Assembly: GCF_963921235.1 (NCBI RefSeq)
Contig: NW_026948182.1
Location: forward strand, 372,001 to 436,000
DNA: 64,000 bases
Origin: Mobula hypostoma
Taxonomy: Eukaryota
Direction: 5' to 3'
Notes under the pieces: generated by a model
The model's input: only the letters and a program-made list of their open reading frames with translations
Told to the model about the DNA's origin: nothing
Database searches by the model: none
Made by a program: the position numbers and the translations under genes
Part shown: piece by piece, positions 50,331 to 62,504 of the stretch
Layout: each line of letters starts with the position of its first letter
How positions within the stretch are numbered: the stretch's first letter is position 1

Positions 50331-50919
50331 TTGTAGGGCATGAGCTGTAACGAGAGGTTGGACAAACTCTGTGCTGTAGGAAAATAAATTTAAATTGAAT
50401 GTTCCACACAAGTCCATTTCCCAGGAAACTTCGATTATTCCAGTGTAAAACTTGGATTGTTTCTCTAGTGTGGTGCAGGCTGGCCTGAGACTAGGTAGAG
50501 TTTTCTGAGATTATGAAAAGCATAGGTATCGTTCTCTCATGGTTGAAATATCTAATTCCAGACAGCTTGCATTTAAGGTGAGGTGGTTTCAAAGAGGATT
50601 AGAAAGGCAAATTCAAAAGGCAGAAATGATTAGTTGGACATTTGATTACTAATTTAATTGGTTCAGCACACCATTGGGGGCAGAAGAGCCTGTTCCTGTG
50701 CTGTACTGTGCTATGTTCTGTGTCTGTTGTCGAGAGGTTTCGGGGAGACGGAGGCAAAAGAAGAGAGTGGGAACAACAGGCCAGCTGGAGCCCGATGTGG
50801 GAAATGTGAGATCACCCATTTCTGTCGGAGAAACAGAAACATTGAGTGTGTTTAAATGGTGAAGGACTCAGGTGCAGTGGGTAGGGTGGAAGGTCAAAAG
50901 TACATTATATTATTGCAAG

Positions 50920-52000
50920 AGTTACTTTGCTCAGTTTCTTCGCTTCCCATCATGTGGCTGTCCTATTTCCACTATTGATGCTGTCCTCACTCATTTCTCC
51001 TCTATTTTCCTTCCGTTCCCGCTCACCCCATCTTCCCACCACTGTAATAGTGATAGAGTTCCTCTTGTCGTTTATTACCACCCCTTCAGCCTCTGCAACT
51101 TCCACCATCACTAAAGAGATCTTACAACTAATCATATCTTTACCTTCCTTGCTCCCACCCTGCCTTCTTCCTTCAACAGGGATCACTCCCTCCACAATTC
51201 CCTTGTTCATTCATCCCTCCTCACTAATCTCCCTCCACCCACTTATCCCTGCAAGCGGCCCAAGTACTACACCTACCCGTACACCTCCTCCCTCACCTCC
51301 ATTCAGAGGCCAAAGCAGTCCTTCCAGATGAGGCAACATTTCACCTGCGAATCTGCTGGGGTCATCTATTGTGTCCTATGCTTCCGATGCGGCCTCCTTT
51401 ACATTGCTGAGACCCGCCATAAGTTGAGAAACCGTTTTGTTGAGCGTCTCAGTATCATCTACCACAAGGGGGACTTCACAGTGGCCAAACATTTTAATTC
51501 TGATTCCCATTCCGATGTCTCGATTTATGACCTCCTTTTGTGCCAAGATAAAACCACCCTCAGAGCGGAGGAGCAACATTTTGTATTCCATCCCACAACC
51601 TGATTATATGAATATTGAATTCTCCTTCCAGTAAACAAATCACCCACCCCGCAAACTTCTCTATTCCACACTGTGAACTTTCATTTCTTCTCGCCGGCCT
51701 ATCATTTCTCCCTGGATCCCTTCCTTCACCTTTCTCCTATTAACACGTCTCTGATTCTTTCATCTCCAGCCCTTGACCTGTCCGACACTTGACTTCACCT
51801 ATCACCTTCCAGCTCGCCTCTTCCCCCCTACCTGTTTTTATTCAGATATCTTCCCCCTCTCTCCTCAATAATGAAGAAGGCTCTTTGCCCAAAATGTCGA
51901 CGGTTTACTCTTTTCCATAGATACTGCCTGATGCGCTGAGTTTCTCCAGCATTTTGTGTGTTGCTTTGGATTTCCAGCATTTGCAGGCTTTCTCATGTTT
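50920..52000 (+). mobile_element. Penelope-like element remnant (RT C-terminus, GIY-YIG endonuclease, terminal repeat)
   Basis: AQFLR..., DRVPLVVYYHP, FTCESAGVIYCVLCFRCGLLYIAETRHKLRNRF...VAKHFNS (ORF 51328..51603); pyrimidine-rich 3' region; degenerate hammerhead at 51870-51905. Confidence 0.9.
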
Positions 52001-52099
52001 AAGTCTGTTAATTACCGTAACAATTATTTAGGCTTTGGTGACATTGTACCTGGAATATGGTGTAAAATCCCGCTCCCCATACTAACACGGGTTACACAA

Positions 52100-52360
52100 A
52101 CCAAATAACAAACTGCCGGAGGAACTCAGTGGGTCGGGCAGCATCTGTGGAGGGAAATGGACCGTCAACATTTCTGGCCGAGACCCTCCCTCTGGACTGA
52201 GAGTGGACGGGAAATAGTCAGAGAAAAGAGGTGAGGGGTGGGGATGGTGCAAGAGCTGGGGAGTGACAGGTGGATCCCGGTGAGCGGGTAGGTGGGAAGG
52301 TGGAAATAGTAACGGGGGTGGGAGGTGAGTGGTTGGGGCAACATGGGGCTGCAGAAGATG
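52100..52360 (-). mobile_element. Penelope-derived short repeat
   Basis: ggaggaactcagtgggtcgggcagcatctgtggaggg...catttctggccgagaccct...ggactg plus purine-rich tail. Confidence 0.7.
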
Positions 52361-52899
52361 GATTTTAATTCCATGGAGGATTATCAAGGAGATTAGAGAG
52401 TAATTGTTTCAGAGATTCAGCAGACTGATCCCTGGAGGACGATGACGGTCACTGATCGTCTTCACATAAAACAGAGGCCGGCAGATGTGTGGAGACCGGA
52501 GGGATCGAGGAAATGAGGATCGGGCAGGAACATGTGGCTGAGATGGGAGAGCAGCCGTCATCTTGTTGATGGTTAGAGGGGCTGAATGGCCACCCCCTGC
52601 TGTTTCTCACTTGTTTCAGTGTTCCTGTCCAGTGAGGCCGGAGGAATGTGAATAGAAATTAGTGTTTATAAACGTAGAAGTTATTTGAATGAAACCTGCA
52701 CAACAACTGTTCAGCTCTGAATTGTGTGTCAGACCGGGATGGAAATCAAACCCATAACTCTGAGACGGGGTGGGATGTGGAGAGCGATGGGGACGGCGAA
52801 GGTACCGTGGGAAAAAAAAATAAAAGCAGCTGGTATAAATATGAAATAATTTGTAAAATGCGGCAGGTAAGTCGGGCAGCGTGTGAGGGGCGAGCAGTA

Positions 52900-53300
52900 G
52901 AGTCACCGGTTCAGATGGGAGATCCTCCACGCGTCACGTGATCCAGTATGTTGCTCCCATTTCAAACGCTGATCCGCTTCCGATTGCTTCCGAGGCTGCG
53001 CCGCCGCTCTCAGTCTCCGGGTGGGCAGTGGTTTACTTTCCGTTCTCTGTTGAAGCGGATCGTCGGTTGGTCCCGAGGGGAGAACGAGACCGACAATTTC
53101 CCATCGGTGAGTACTCAAGCCGATCCCGTGGAGGGGTTTATCTGATGTCGGGCAGAGAGTCCATTTAACTTCCTCGGACTGGCGGCCTCGTCCCGCTTCC
53201 TGGACACAACCTGTCGTGGTCGGTCCGTGTTATGGGACCGTCACACCGAACCGCCTGAGATGAGCCGCCGCTCAGCCCCTGGTGTTCTGGTCCCAGGAGC
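52900..53300 (+). promoter_or_regulatory. Promoter-like module and candidate first exon paralogous to 46055-46205 and 45055-45175
   Basis: GTCACGTGA at 52933-52941; ttgaagcggatcg...ccatcg|GTGAGT with donor at 53107; CpG-rich. Confidence 0.5.
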
Positions 53301-53794
53301 GACATGAGGCGGTGATGCCGAGACCGAACCCATCAGTTCAGTTGTACCTGGGGAACTTTACCTCCATCACCTGGCCAGGTATCGGATCCAAACTTCACCT
53401 GGATCGATGCCCGGCGTCGATAATTGTTTTACTCTGGAAGCTGCCGTTCGGCCTGTTGTGTTCTTGCAGACACGAGCGTTAAACAGAGGAATCGCACCCT
53501 TGGGTCACTGCTCCACGTGTATGAGTAGTTTCATCTTTCCCCGTTCAGACAGGACAGTGAGATCCAGATCTCTCACGTCCCCTCGGGGGTCTGGGAAGTT
53601 TATTTCCATTTTCATTCCATGACTATGACTTGCCGAAATGCAGACAGTGTTTCCCGATATCTGGCCCGGTTAATGCGAGAATTAAGTCTTGTTCATTTAT
53701 CTGGGTTTTTCACAATTATGTACACTCCCTCCAGAATTTCCAAAGGAGCAACCCAGGCTGTCTAATATTTCCACACGTTTGAAATGGGGAATCT

Positions 53795-54215
53795 TTATTT
53801 TGTTTTACATGTACAGTGGTTGAGCGAAAATCGTGTCTTCGGTATTATCCACACAGATCAATACGTTACAGTAGTACACTGAGTTAAAACAATACCAGAG
53901 TGTAACAACTCATTCTGGTTACAGAGAAAGTGCACTGCCGGTAGATATGTGGTGCAAGGTCACATCGATTTAGACTGTGAGGTCAGGAGTCCACTCATCA
54001 CGCTGGGGAACATTCAGTTTGCTTATAACAGCCGAATGGACACCGTCCCTGAGCCTGGTGGTATGTTTCTGTTTTATTTCATCTTCGCCCCTATGGGAGG
54101 GTGAGAAATGAGAATGTTCAGGGTTGTGGGGATGTTTCATTATGTTAGCTGCTTTACTGAGGCAGTGGGTAGTATAGACTGAGTCCATGGAGGGGAGGTT
54201 AGTTTCTGTGATGTA
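53795..54215 (-). mobile_element. Rex1/Babar-type LINE 3' end
   Basis: ORF 53970..54188 resembles the Rex1 C-terminus. Confidence 0.7.
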
Positions 54216-54477
54216 CTCATCTTTTCCAGGATTGTTTTTTATCGCTGGAGCGACCAGAGGTTTAAGTACCGGGATGGGATACTTTCTGCGGAGAATTGAT
54301 AAAGCGTGTAGATTCGAAATGGAAATATACCAAAGTTCTTATTGTTTGTTCTGGTTTTGTTATATTAAAATCTGTTATCTACTGGTGTGTACTATTATTT
54401 CAGTATCTGTGTATTACTGGAGGACCATCAGAGATCGCCCTTGATCCCCTTCTCCCATCCGGCTCCATCTGCTGACC

Positions 54478-54770
54478 CCCTGCCCATTTGGTTCAACCTC
54501 TGTCCAGCCGGCATCCCATCACCTCAGTGATATATATCAACCATCATGTACAACCGCTGTCCAGCCTGTATCCCAGCAACTCAATGATATATATCAACCA
54601 TCTTGTTCAATATCTCTCCAGTCTGTATCCCATCACCGCAATGACACATATCTACCATCTTGTTCAATCTTTGTCCAGCCTGTATCCCACCACCTCAATG
54701 ATATATATCAATCATCTTATTCAAAATCTGTCCAGCCTGTATCCCATTGCCACAATGATATATTTCAGGA
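54478..54770. repeat. 57-bp tandem repeat x5, paralog of 5638-5925
   Basis: Exact 57-bp register (54524, 54581, 54638, 54695, 54752); same left boundary ccctgcccat. Confidence 0.92.
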
Positions 54771-55289
54771 ATCTCTCTTTCAAACTTTGTCTTCATTGTG
54801 AAGTTTTGTTTTTCATCTTTTCCAGGATTGGGTTTTTGATAGCTGGAGCTACCAGAGGTTTAATTGAATACAGCACGTGGCAGGGTAAAAGCAGCCATTT
54901 CAATTTTAGTATCAGCGTGACAAAATTAGATTAGATTAGCTGCTGGGGACAGGCTGAAGTGTACCCACATCCTCTATACAGACCGGGGAACCAGCCAGAG
55001 CCCCGGCCCCGGCAGAGGGTCATTAGATTCCAATTCCACCTTAGTTTGTGAATCGGAAATGGCAGGAACACCACGGGAAATCGCCGCACCAAAGTATCTT
55101 TGTATGGGTGATAATATTGGGCTGGTGACTCTGATGACATGGAACTGGCAGTATACGGGCTTCAGTCCAGGTTGGTAATTTGACAGCCGGAATCAGAATT
55201 TTTTAAGCCTGAAGTGAACCTGAAGTCTTGGGCGGTTGGACATGGGTTATGGGGAAATCACCGTCTACACTGCCCAACAGGACATCATA

Positions 55290-57085
55290 CCTGTCAAGTA
55301 TTTTGGAGATTATTTAAGAGTTAAATAGGGAGTTCGGTGAATTAGGGCAGTGATGTTGTTCTCCTGAACTTTGGTAAAGTCTGTAACAAGATCCCACATG
55401 GCAGCTGATTTGGAAGGTTCAGTCACGTTGGATTCACGGGGAGCTGGCGAGGTGGATTCACACCGGGCTCGGGAACAGGAAGCAGAGGGAGATGATTGAA
55501 GATGGTTTTAGCGAATGGAGGCCTGTGACGAGTGGGATGTGTGTGACAGTGTTGAGACCTCTGTAATTCACTATTCATGCCATTGATTTGTATTTGAATG
55601 TACATGGCACGATTAACAAGTTTGAATTGAATTGATTTCTTACATCCTTCACATACATGAGGAGTAAAAATCTTTGTTATGTCTTGGTCTAAGTGTGCAG
55701 TGTGCAATCAAAGTAACTTATAATAATTTATGATAAATTGAACAGTACATATAATATAGAGTACACTCAAATCAGCGTGAGCTAATCAGTCTGATGGCCT
55801 GGTGGAAGAAGCTGTCCCGGAGCCTGTTGATCCTGGCTTTTATGCTGTGGTACTGTTTTTTGGATGGTAGCAGCTGGAATAGATTGTAGTTGGGGTGACT
55901 CTGGTCCCCAATGATCCTTCGGGTCCTTTTTGACACACCTGTTCTTGTCAGTGTCCTGAATCATGGGAAGTTCACAACTACAGATGCGCTGGGCTGTCCG
56001 CACCACTCTCTGCAGGTTCCTGCGATTAAGGGAAGTACAGTTTCCATACCAGGCAGTGATGCAGCCAGTCAGGATGTTCTCAATTGTGTCCCTGTAGAAA
56101 GTTCTGAGGATTTGGGGCCCCAGACCAAACCTCCTCACCTGTCTGAGCTGAAAGAGTCGCTTTTGTGCCTTTTTCACCACACAGCTGGTGTGTACATACT
56201 ATGTAAGTTCCTCGGTGATGTGGATGCCGAGGAACTTAAAACTGTTCACCTTCTCAGCCCCATTGATGTTAATAGGGGTTTTCCTGTCTCCATTCCTTCT
56301 GTAATCCACAACTAGCTCCTTTGTTTTTGTGACATTGAGGGAAAGGTTGTTATTTTGCCACCACTGTGTCAGAGAGATGACCTCTTCCCTCTAGGCCACC
56401 TCGTTATTGCTTCAGAGGAGGCCAATCAATGTAGTGTCGTCGACAAATTTTATTAGCAAATTAGAGCTATGGGTGGTGACACAGTCATGGGTATACAGGG
56501 AGACTAAATTCGGGAGACTGGTTGATAAGGCAACAGGTGATAATGAATTTCAAAGACATCTTGGTCAGTTATGGAGATGGGCTGAGGAATGACAGATGGT
56601 TTATTGACTTGGACAAGTGAGAGATGGTGCATTTTGGACAGTAAACTAGCTGGGACTGGTATAGTGAATGGGAGGACATCAAGTGTTGTGGAACAAAGTG
56701 ACCTGGGAGTGCAAGAGTACAGTTCACTGAAAGTGGGCATGCAAGTATAGAGGGTGGAAAAGACGGCTTTAATCATGCTGGCCATCATCATTGAGGGCAT
56801 TGAGTTTTGGATTATGGGCATTATATTGTAGTTACTGTATATAAATTGTTGGTGCAGAGTATTATGTACAGTTGTGTTCACCCTACTGCAGGAAAGATAT
56901 TACCAATCTGGAGAGGGTGCAGACGAGATTGCTGAAGATGTTGTCTGGACTAGAGGGCCGAGTCATAGGAAGAGGTTGGCTGAGCTGGATCTTTGTTACA
57001 GAGGAGAACGAGGGTGACAATGTATTTTATGAAATCAAGAGGGAGTGCAGATAATGTGGTTGGTCGTGGTATTTTCCCCAGGGTT
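55290..57085 (+). mobile_element. Old CR1 RT fragment split by a Rex1 insertion
   Basis: ...gattaacaagtttg | insertion | actaaatt...atggagatgggctgag...ctggagagggtgcag. Confidence 0.7.
55622..56503 (-). mobile_element. Rex1/Babar-type LINE, same family as 4838-5637
   Basis: ORF 55782..56180: VKKAQKRLFQLRQVRRF...FYRDTIENILTGCITAWYGNC...LQRVVRTAQRI; shared tail. Confidence 0.9.
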
Positions 57086-57504
57086 CAAGATTCAAAATTG
57101 TTTAATGTCATTCTGGTACACAAGTGTAAAGGAGAACAAAATAATTGTTACTGTGGATCCAAAACAAGACAGAGAAAAATGAAATGATAGAGACCACAAT
57201 AATGAAGAAAACGCAACACTTAAAGTATGATAGCTTAAAAACATTGATCGTATGTCCCTAAAGTGACGTTAGGCACAGAAATGTCTGCGCACACAAGACT
57301 GATATTGATTGCTTGTCCATAAAGTTACTTTAGGCACATGAGTGTCTAGAACTGTCAGGAAATATTAAACTAGTAGTGGATGGGGTGGGGATGGTGGGTC
57401 AGTGAGTAGAGATGTTGATCGGGCTTACTGCTTGGGGAAAATAACTGCTTTGAGCCTAATTGTCCGGGCGTGGATATTACAGATCTACAATTCCTTTAAG
57501 GTAG

Positions 57505-58210
57505 CACCAGAGTCGTAAAGAAAGTTTTGGGCATATTGACCTTTATAACACAGGCTATTAAGAAGAGGTGTTGGGATATTAATGCTAAAGTTGTAAAAGA
57601 CACCGTGATTCCAATATATGCAGAATTGTGTGCAGTTGTGGTCAGGTACTTGAGGAAAGATATCGATAAGCGTGAAAGAGTGCATGGAAAATTACACGGA
57701 CATTGCTGGTATTTCCGGAAATAATTATAGTGATAGGTTGAACAGGGTAGAACATGATTACCTGAAATACAGGGGAATGAGGGGGTATCCAAGCAGGGTA
57801 CCAACTTTTGTATGTCATTTGCCCCTACAATTAAAGGAAGGATCCATGAACCCCAGGTTGGGAACCCCTGCTAAAGATGCAGATATCCATGATGGTATAA
57901 ACAGGGTGAATGCAGGTAGGCATTTTCCCCTCAGGTTGGGTAAGATCATGGATTTAGGGGAAAAAGTGACACATTTAAGGGGAATCTGAGGGGGAACTAC
58001 TTCACTCTGAGGGTGGTGCGAATGCAGAACCAGCTCCCAGCAGAAGTAAGAGATGAAGGTTCAGTTGTAGGATCTGAGAGATGTTTGGGTAGGTACATGG
58101 ATGAGGGAGATATAGAGGGCTATGGTCTGGGTGCAGGGGGATGGGACCAGACCGAGCAGGGCACGGACTGGATGGGTTAACAGTCCTGTGTCTGTGCTCT
58201 AAGGGCTCTG
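57505..58210 (+). mobile_element. Old CR1 3' fragment containing a hAT-like MITE (57794-57870)
   Basis: tttaaggggaatctgagggggaactacttcactctgagggtggtg...; MITE TIRs. Confidence 0.75.
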
Positions 58211-58224
58211 TGAATCTCAGTTGA

Positions 58225-60374
58225 AACTTTTACACATAATCGACATTTGTTTCAGACAGGTCGCACCCAACAATGTGTTTTTATTTTGGATCAGCGTCTG
58301 CACTGCTGACAGTTCTGCAGAGCTGGGACTACCGTCACATTTACTGAATGCACCTCGAAAGGGTAAAAACAACCACTGGAATTTTAGTATCACCATTTCA
58401 AAATGGCTGAATGTTCAGTTCATCTTTGTCATAATGAAACACAGAGCATGTCACATTGACCGTGTTATTTCCCTTTTTGGTTATCTTTGCAAGCCACTTC
58501 CTCCGTCGCCAGGGCAACAGCTCACCAGAGCTGCAAGGAGAGTTGAACATTTTTATTGCTCTCTGGTTACTGACTCTCAGCGGAGAGACAGTGGCCTCAG
58601 CAGCCGGTGTTGATACGAGGATGCTTTGAGCAATTACTGTGCGGGATGGATGATGTCTGTGCTGGAATGAAGAAACAGCTAATGATTGTAGGGATTGCAT
58701 TTATGCAATTCTGTTCAGTGTGTTAAACATCTTGCAGTCAGTCAGTGTTTCGTGCATTAAAAGAACATAAAAATCTCCTGTACTGAGTTACCAGTGCTAT
58801 GTTTTCAATTTTATATTTAAAACATTTTGTTCCTGTTACACGACGGGGAAAGTGCGGGTTAATTGAGCTGGGCTACACTGCACTCAACAATAAAATAATG
58901 AACAAATGTGTTCAGTGTGACTGTGGAGACAAGTTGAAATGTATCAGCACCCTCTTTGTGACCCAATGCCCATGTTTCCCGTCTGATCCCCGTTTAGACA
59001 AAGGATCATCAGGCTCCAGTTCTGTCATGGGTTGGTGTGGGAGTGTAAGTTTTTGAACTGGAATTAGCTGAGACACTGCCGTATATTACCGGCAGCAAAG
59101 AGCTCTAGGAGAGCTGGTGCTTAAGATACAATCTTGAGATGGGGGCTCCAGGAATATGGAACTGGCAGTGTTTCGGCTTCGGTCTACGTTGGTGCTTTTA
59201 CAGATGCGGCTGGATGTTCCTCCTTCCGCAATGAAGCAGACGTCTCCGGGGGCTGGATATTGGTAGCGTGAATCTCTCAGTGTGAGATTTGGGAAAGATG
59301 TGCGAGGCTCTCGGTGTGGGCTGTGAACCTCTGAGGTTGGGTCCCGGGATATCACACATGTTTTCACCCAGATAAAATGAATCAGGGGATCAGGTTGTCC
59401 GGGTTTATGAGATGCTGAGCGAGTATTTCTGTTCTGTGCTCAGATGTTTGGTTCTGAAGTTCTGAAGCAAAGCAGAGAATGAGTTCCCATTCCATCCCTC
59501 ACAAGGAGAGGCTGTGATTAAATACGCTGTTTTGTGTTTGCCCCAGTAGAAATAGACCGGGGTTTCAGAATTCAATTCACATTTGGAAATTCCCCCTCAC
59601 TGTCACCTGTCTGTCTGCCAGTGGGAGTCAAACAGAAACTCAAGATGCTGAAGATAGAACAGAACATGGACCAGTACATCACAGGAACAGGCCCTTTGGC
59701 CGCAATGGTGTGCCAAACCAGATAAAAAGTAAATCAACCCCACCCCAAAAAAAATAATGACACCTACCTACACAATGTCCATATCCTCTCAATCTTCCTC
59801 ACACCCATGTGCCTATCTAAACATTTGTTAAAAGCCTCGAATGTATTTGCTTCCACCACCATAACAGACAGCGGATTCCGGGCATCCACACCTCTCTGAG
59901 TAGAACAACTTAACCCTCACATTTCCTTTGCATCTACTCCCTCACACCTTCATTGCATGTCCTCTGGTATTAGACATTTCTAAGCAGCGAAAAGAGTCTC
60001 CCCGTCTACTCTATCTATGTCTTTCATAATCTTATAAACCTCTATCTGATCTTCCCTCAGTCCCTACCACTCCATGGAGAACAACCCAAGACTTTCCACT
60101 AAAAACTGGATGATGTTTGAATCCATTCTGACGAAAGGTTAGGAAAATGAATTGCTAACTTTTTTCCTCTCCCCACAGCTGTTCCTTACCTGCTGACCGT
60201 TTCTAGTGATTCCAGTTTCTTTTTATTACATTCACCCTGGAACATTTTGTGAGAGTTGACAGAAGAGTAAAGAAGGCACAGTTTTTCCCAGTACATTATC
60301 CTGGTACCAATTGCCCTGTTTTCCCCGGAAATGTATTCAGTACAGTTGTTGATAACAAGGTTAACAAGAATAAT
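58225..60374 (-). pseudogene. Least interrupted copy of the unidentified relic: A (60374-60240), then continuous C-B (59610-58225)
   Basis: Acceptor ttattccttAG at 60375; IILVNLVINNCTEYISGENRAIGTRIMYWEKL; ORFs 59086..59367 and 58398..58700; stops and frameshifts present. Confidence 0.5.
59655..60095 (-). mobile_element. CR1 3' fragment
   Basis: atagaacagaacatgg...ggccctttggccgcaatg...ctctatctatgtctttcataatcttataaacctctatc. Confidence 0.8.
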
Positions 60375-60914
60375 CTAAGGAATAAGCATTATGCATGTGG
60401 AGCATTTGTTGGCCCTGGGCCTGTGTTCAGTGGGGTTCAGAGGGATGGTGGTTGGGGTTTGGTGGGGAGGGAAGTTAGGGCAGGGGTGATTATTTACACC
60501 AACTGAATAACAGCAAGTCTGGATGCAGTGGGAATGGAGAGGGTGTCTTGATTAGATGGAGAGTCTGGGATCTGAGAGTGCTTCCTCAGAATAAAGAAGC
60601 TTCACTTTAAAACTGAGGTGAGAGAAATTACTTCAGCCAAATGTTGGTTCATCTGTGGAATTTGATGCCACAGAGGGTGGTGGAGGCTATTGTTGGGTAT
60701 ATTCATGTTCTGGATTGCTAAATGGGTTGAGTATTATAGTAGGGAAGCAACAATACAGTGTTGGAAAAATATTCCTTCATGATTGATTATGGAGCAGACT
60801 AGAATGACCGTATTACCTAATTCTACTATGTATTACGACTTGTATCTTATACCATGACTGAACGATGACCTATCAAAAAAAAAGAGAAAATCTGCAGTTT
60901 CTGGAAATCCAAGC

Positions 60915-62020
60915 AATGGATGGCATGTTATCACCATTACACAGACCTGACTGTTACAAGGGCAGGATTGGTGTTTGATGCTCCAGGTTTTAGTTGTTTC
61001 ATATACATATGGGGGTGGGGGGTGAACGGGGGAGAATTCTCTGTACTAATTAGGGATGGTATCACAGCGACATACACAGAGGACATCAATGTGAGTGAAA
61101 GTCAGAAACGGGAAGGGGGCTATCACTCTGGGAGTATTCTATAGGCCTCCCCCAGAGCCACAGGGATAATGAGAGCAGATAACTTGGCAGCATTGGGAAA
61201 GGTGCAAAAGCAACAAGGTTGTTATCACTGTTGACCTCAACTTTCCTGATTTTGATTCCACCTCCTCGCTCCAAAATGTTGTCAATGAGGCAGAATGTGT
61301 TGTGTGTCCAGGAAGGATTCTTGACACAGTATGTGGATGGGCTAACTGGAGGAGTTGCCATACTGCATCTAGTATGAGGCGATGATGCTGGTCAGATGAC
61401 AGATGTCACGATGGGTGGCCCTTTTGAGATAGTGACCACAACACCCCAACTTTTATCATGGTCATGGACAAGGATAGTAGCAGACCCTACGAGACAGTAT
61501 TTAATTAGTGGATGGATAGTTGCAATGGTATTCGGAGCAAATTTGGAGTGTGAATTGGGAAAACATTTTCAAGGGGAAACACACAATGGAAATGTGAAGG
61601 TTGATTCAGGAACACTTATATGCAGTTCGGGGTAGATTTGTTCCACCCACAGTGAAACAATGTTTATATAAACAAACTGAGGTCACAAGAGATGAGAACA
61701 TTTAAGCAAGAGGGAAAAGGAAGCATTATTTAGGTTTAGGAAGCAACATCCAACCAAGGCTCCAGAGAATTATAAGGTAGCCTGGAAGGAGCTTAAGAAG
61801 TGGCTTAGAGGTTGAAGGGAACTTGAGAAGTCCTTGAGAAGTAGGACGAAGGAAAGCCCAAGGCGTTCTACATGTGGGAAAAGAAGAGGAGGATGAATAG
61901 ATTGAGTGCAGGACTACACAGGAGCAAAGGAGGAAATGTGCCTGGAGGATGCGGTGATATGCGAGGTGTTTAATGAATGCTTTGCTTCAGAGTTACCAAT
62001 GAGATAGACAGTGATTGTGA
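60915..62020 (+). mobile_element. Degraded CR1 EN-region fragment
   Basis: gaaagtcagaaacgggaagggggctatcactctgggagtattctataggcc matches ~35860-35912. Confidence 0.8.
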
Positions 62021-62210
62021 CGATAGCAGTTGGGATGTGTAGATGGAGTGAAGAGGCCAGGAGGGAAATGGACCAAACACAGAAAATTGGGACCATCTCT
62101 GTGGGCACTGTGGTCAGCATTGTCTCATTGTGCTGAACGGTCTGTGTCTGTGCTCTGTTTCTCTGTGACTCTATCAGTAGGATTCACCAGATATCACTGG
62201 ACAGACATAC

Positions 62211-62381
62211 AGACATGGTGTGGGAGTTGATGTTAACAGGGAATGTTTGTTCCCTAAGCAAACTGCTGCTCTGATACACAGGGTGGCGATACTGTCACAT
62301 TTTGCAAAGAATCGTACTCTCTCTGATTCACTGTCTGCTTGTTGTATGTAATTCAGGTCATCACCAGCAGATGGAGCTGTC
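62211..62381 (-). other. Candidate 171-nt coding exon (phase 2-2)
   Basis: tttggtcacagtgcAG acceptor, CT|GTATGT donor; open frame TAPSAGDDLNYIQQADSESERVRFFAKCDSIATLCIRAAVCLGNKHSLLTSTPTPC; non-TE sequence. Confidence 0.35.
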
Positions 62382-62504
62382 CTGCACTGTGACCAAAGTG
62401 TAAACAAGACGACGACAATCAACAATCATCAGTCAGAATCAGAATGGCTACAGGTACGTTCACTGGGATCTTTATAATTAAACTTCTGCCCTGTTGGTGC
62501 ACAT

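Noticed and set aside
60175-60200. Strong minus-strand donor CAG|GTAAGG closing segment A
   Set aside because: Lies in a degenerate Penelope-derived repeat (cagcaggtcagg) and is absent from the array copies
60240-60374. RhoGAP (ARHGAP20/TAGAP-like) C-terminal helix suggested by LVINNCTEYISGE
   Set aside because: Paralogs read HVSNSCTEHIS and no other RhoGAP motif is present; similarity too short
62211-62381. NLR leucine-rich-repeat exon suggested by 171-nt phase 2-2 size
   Set aside because: No LxxLxLxxN pattern in the translation
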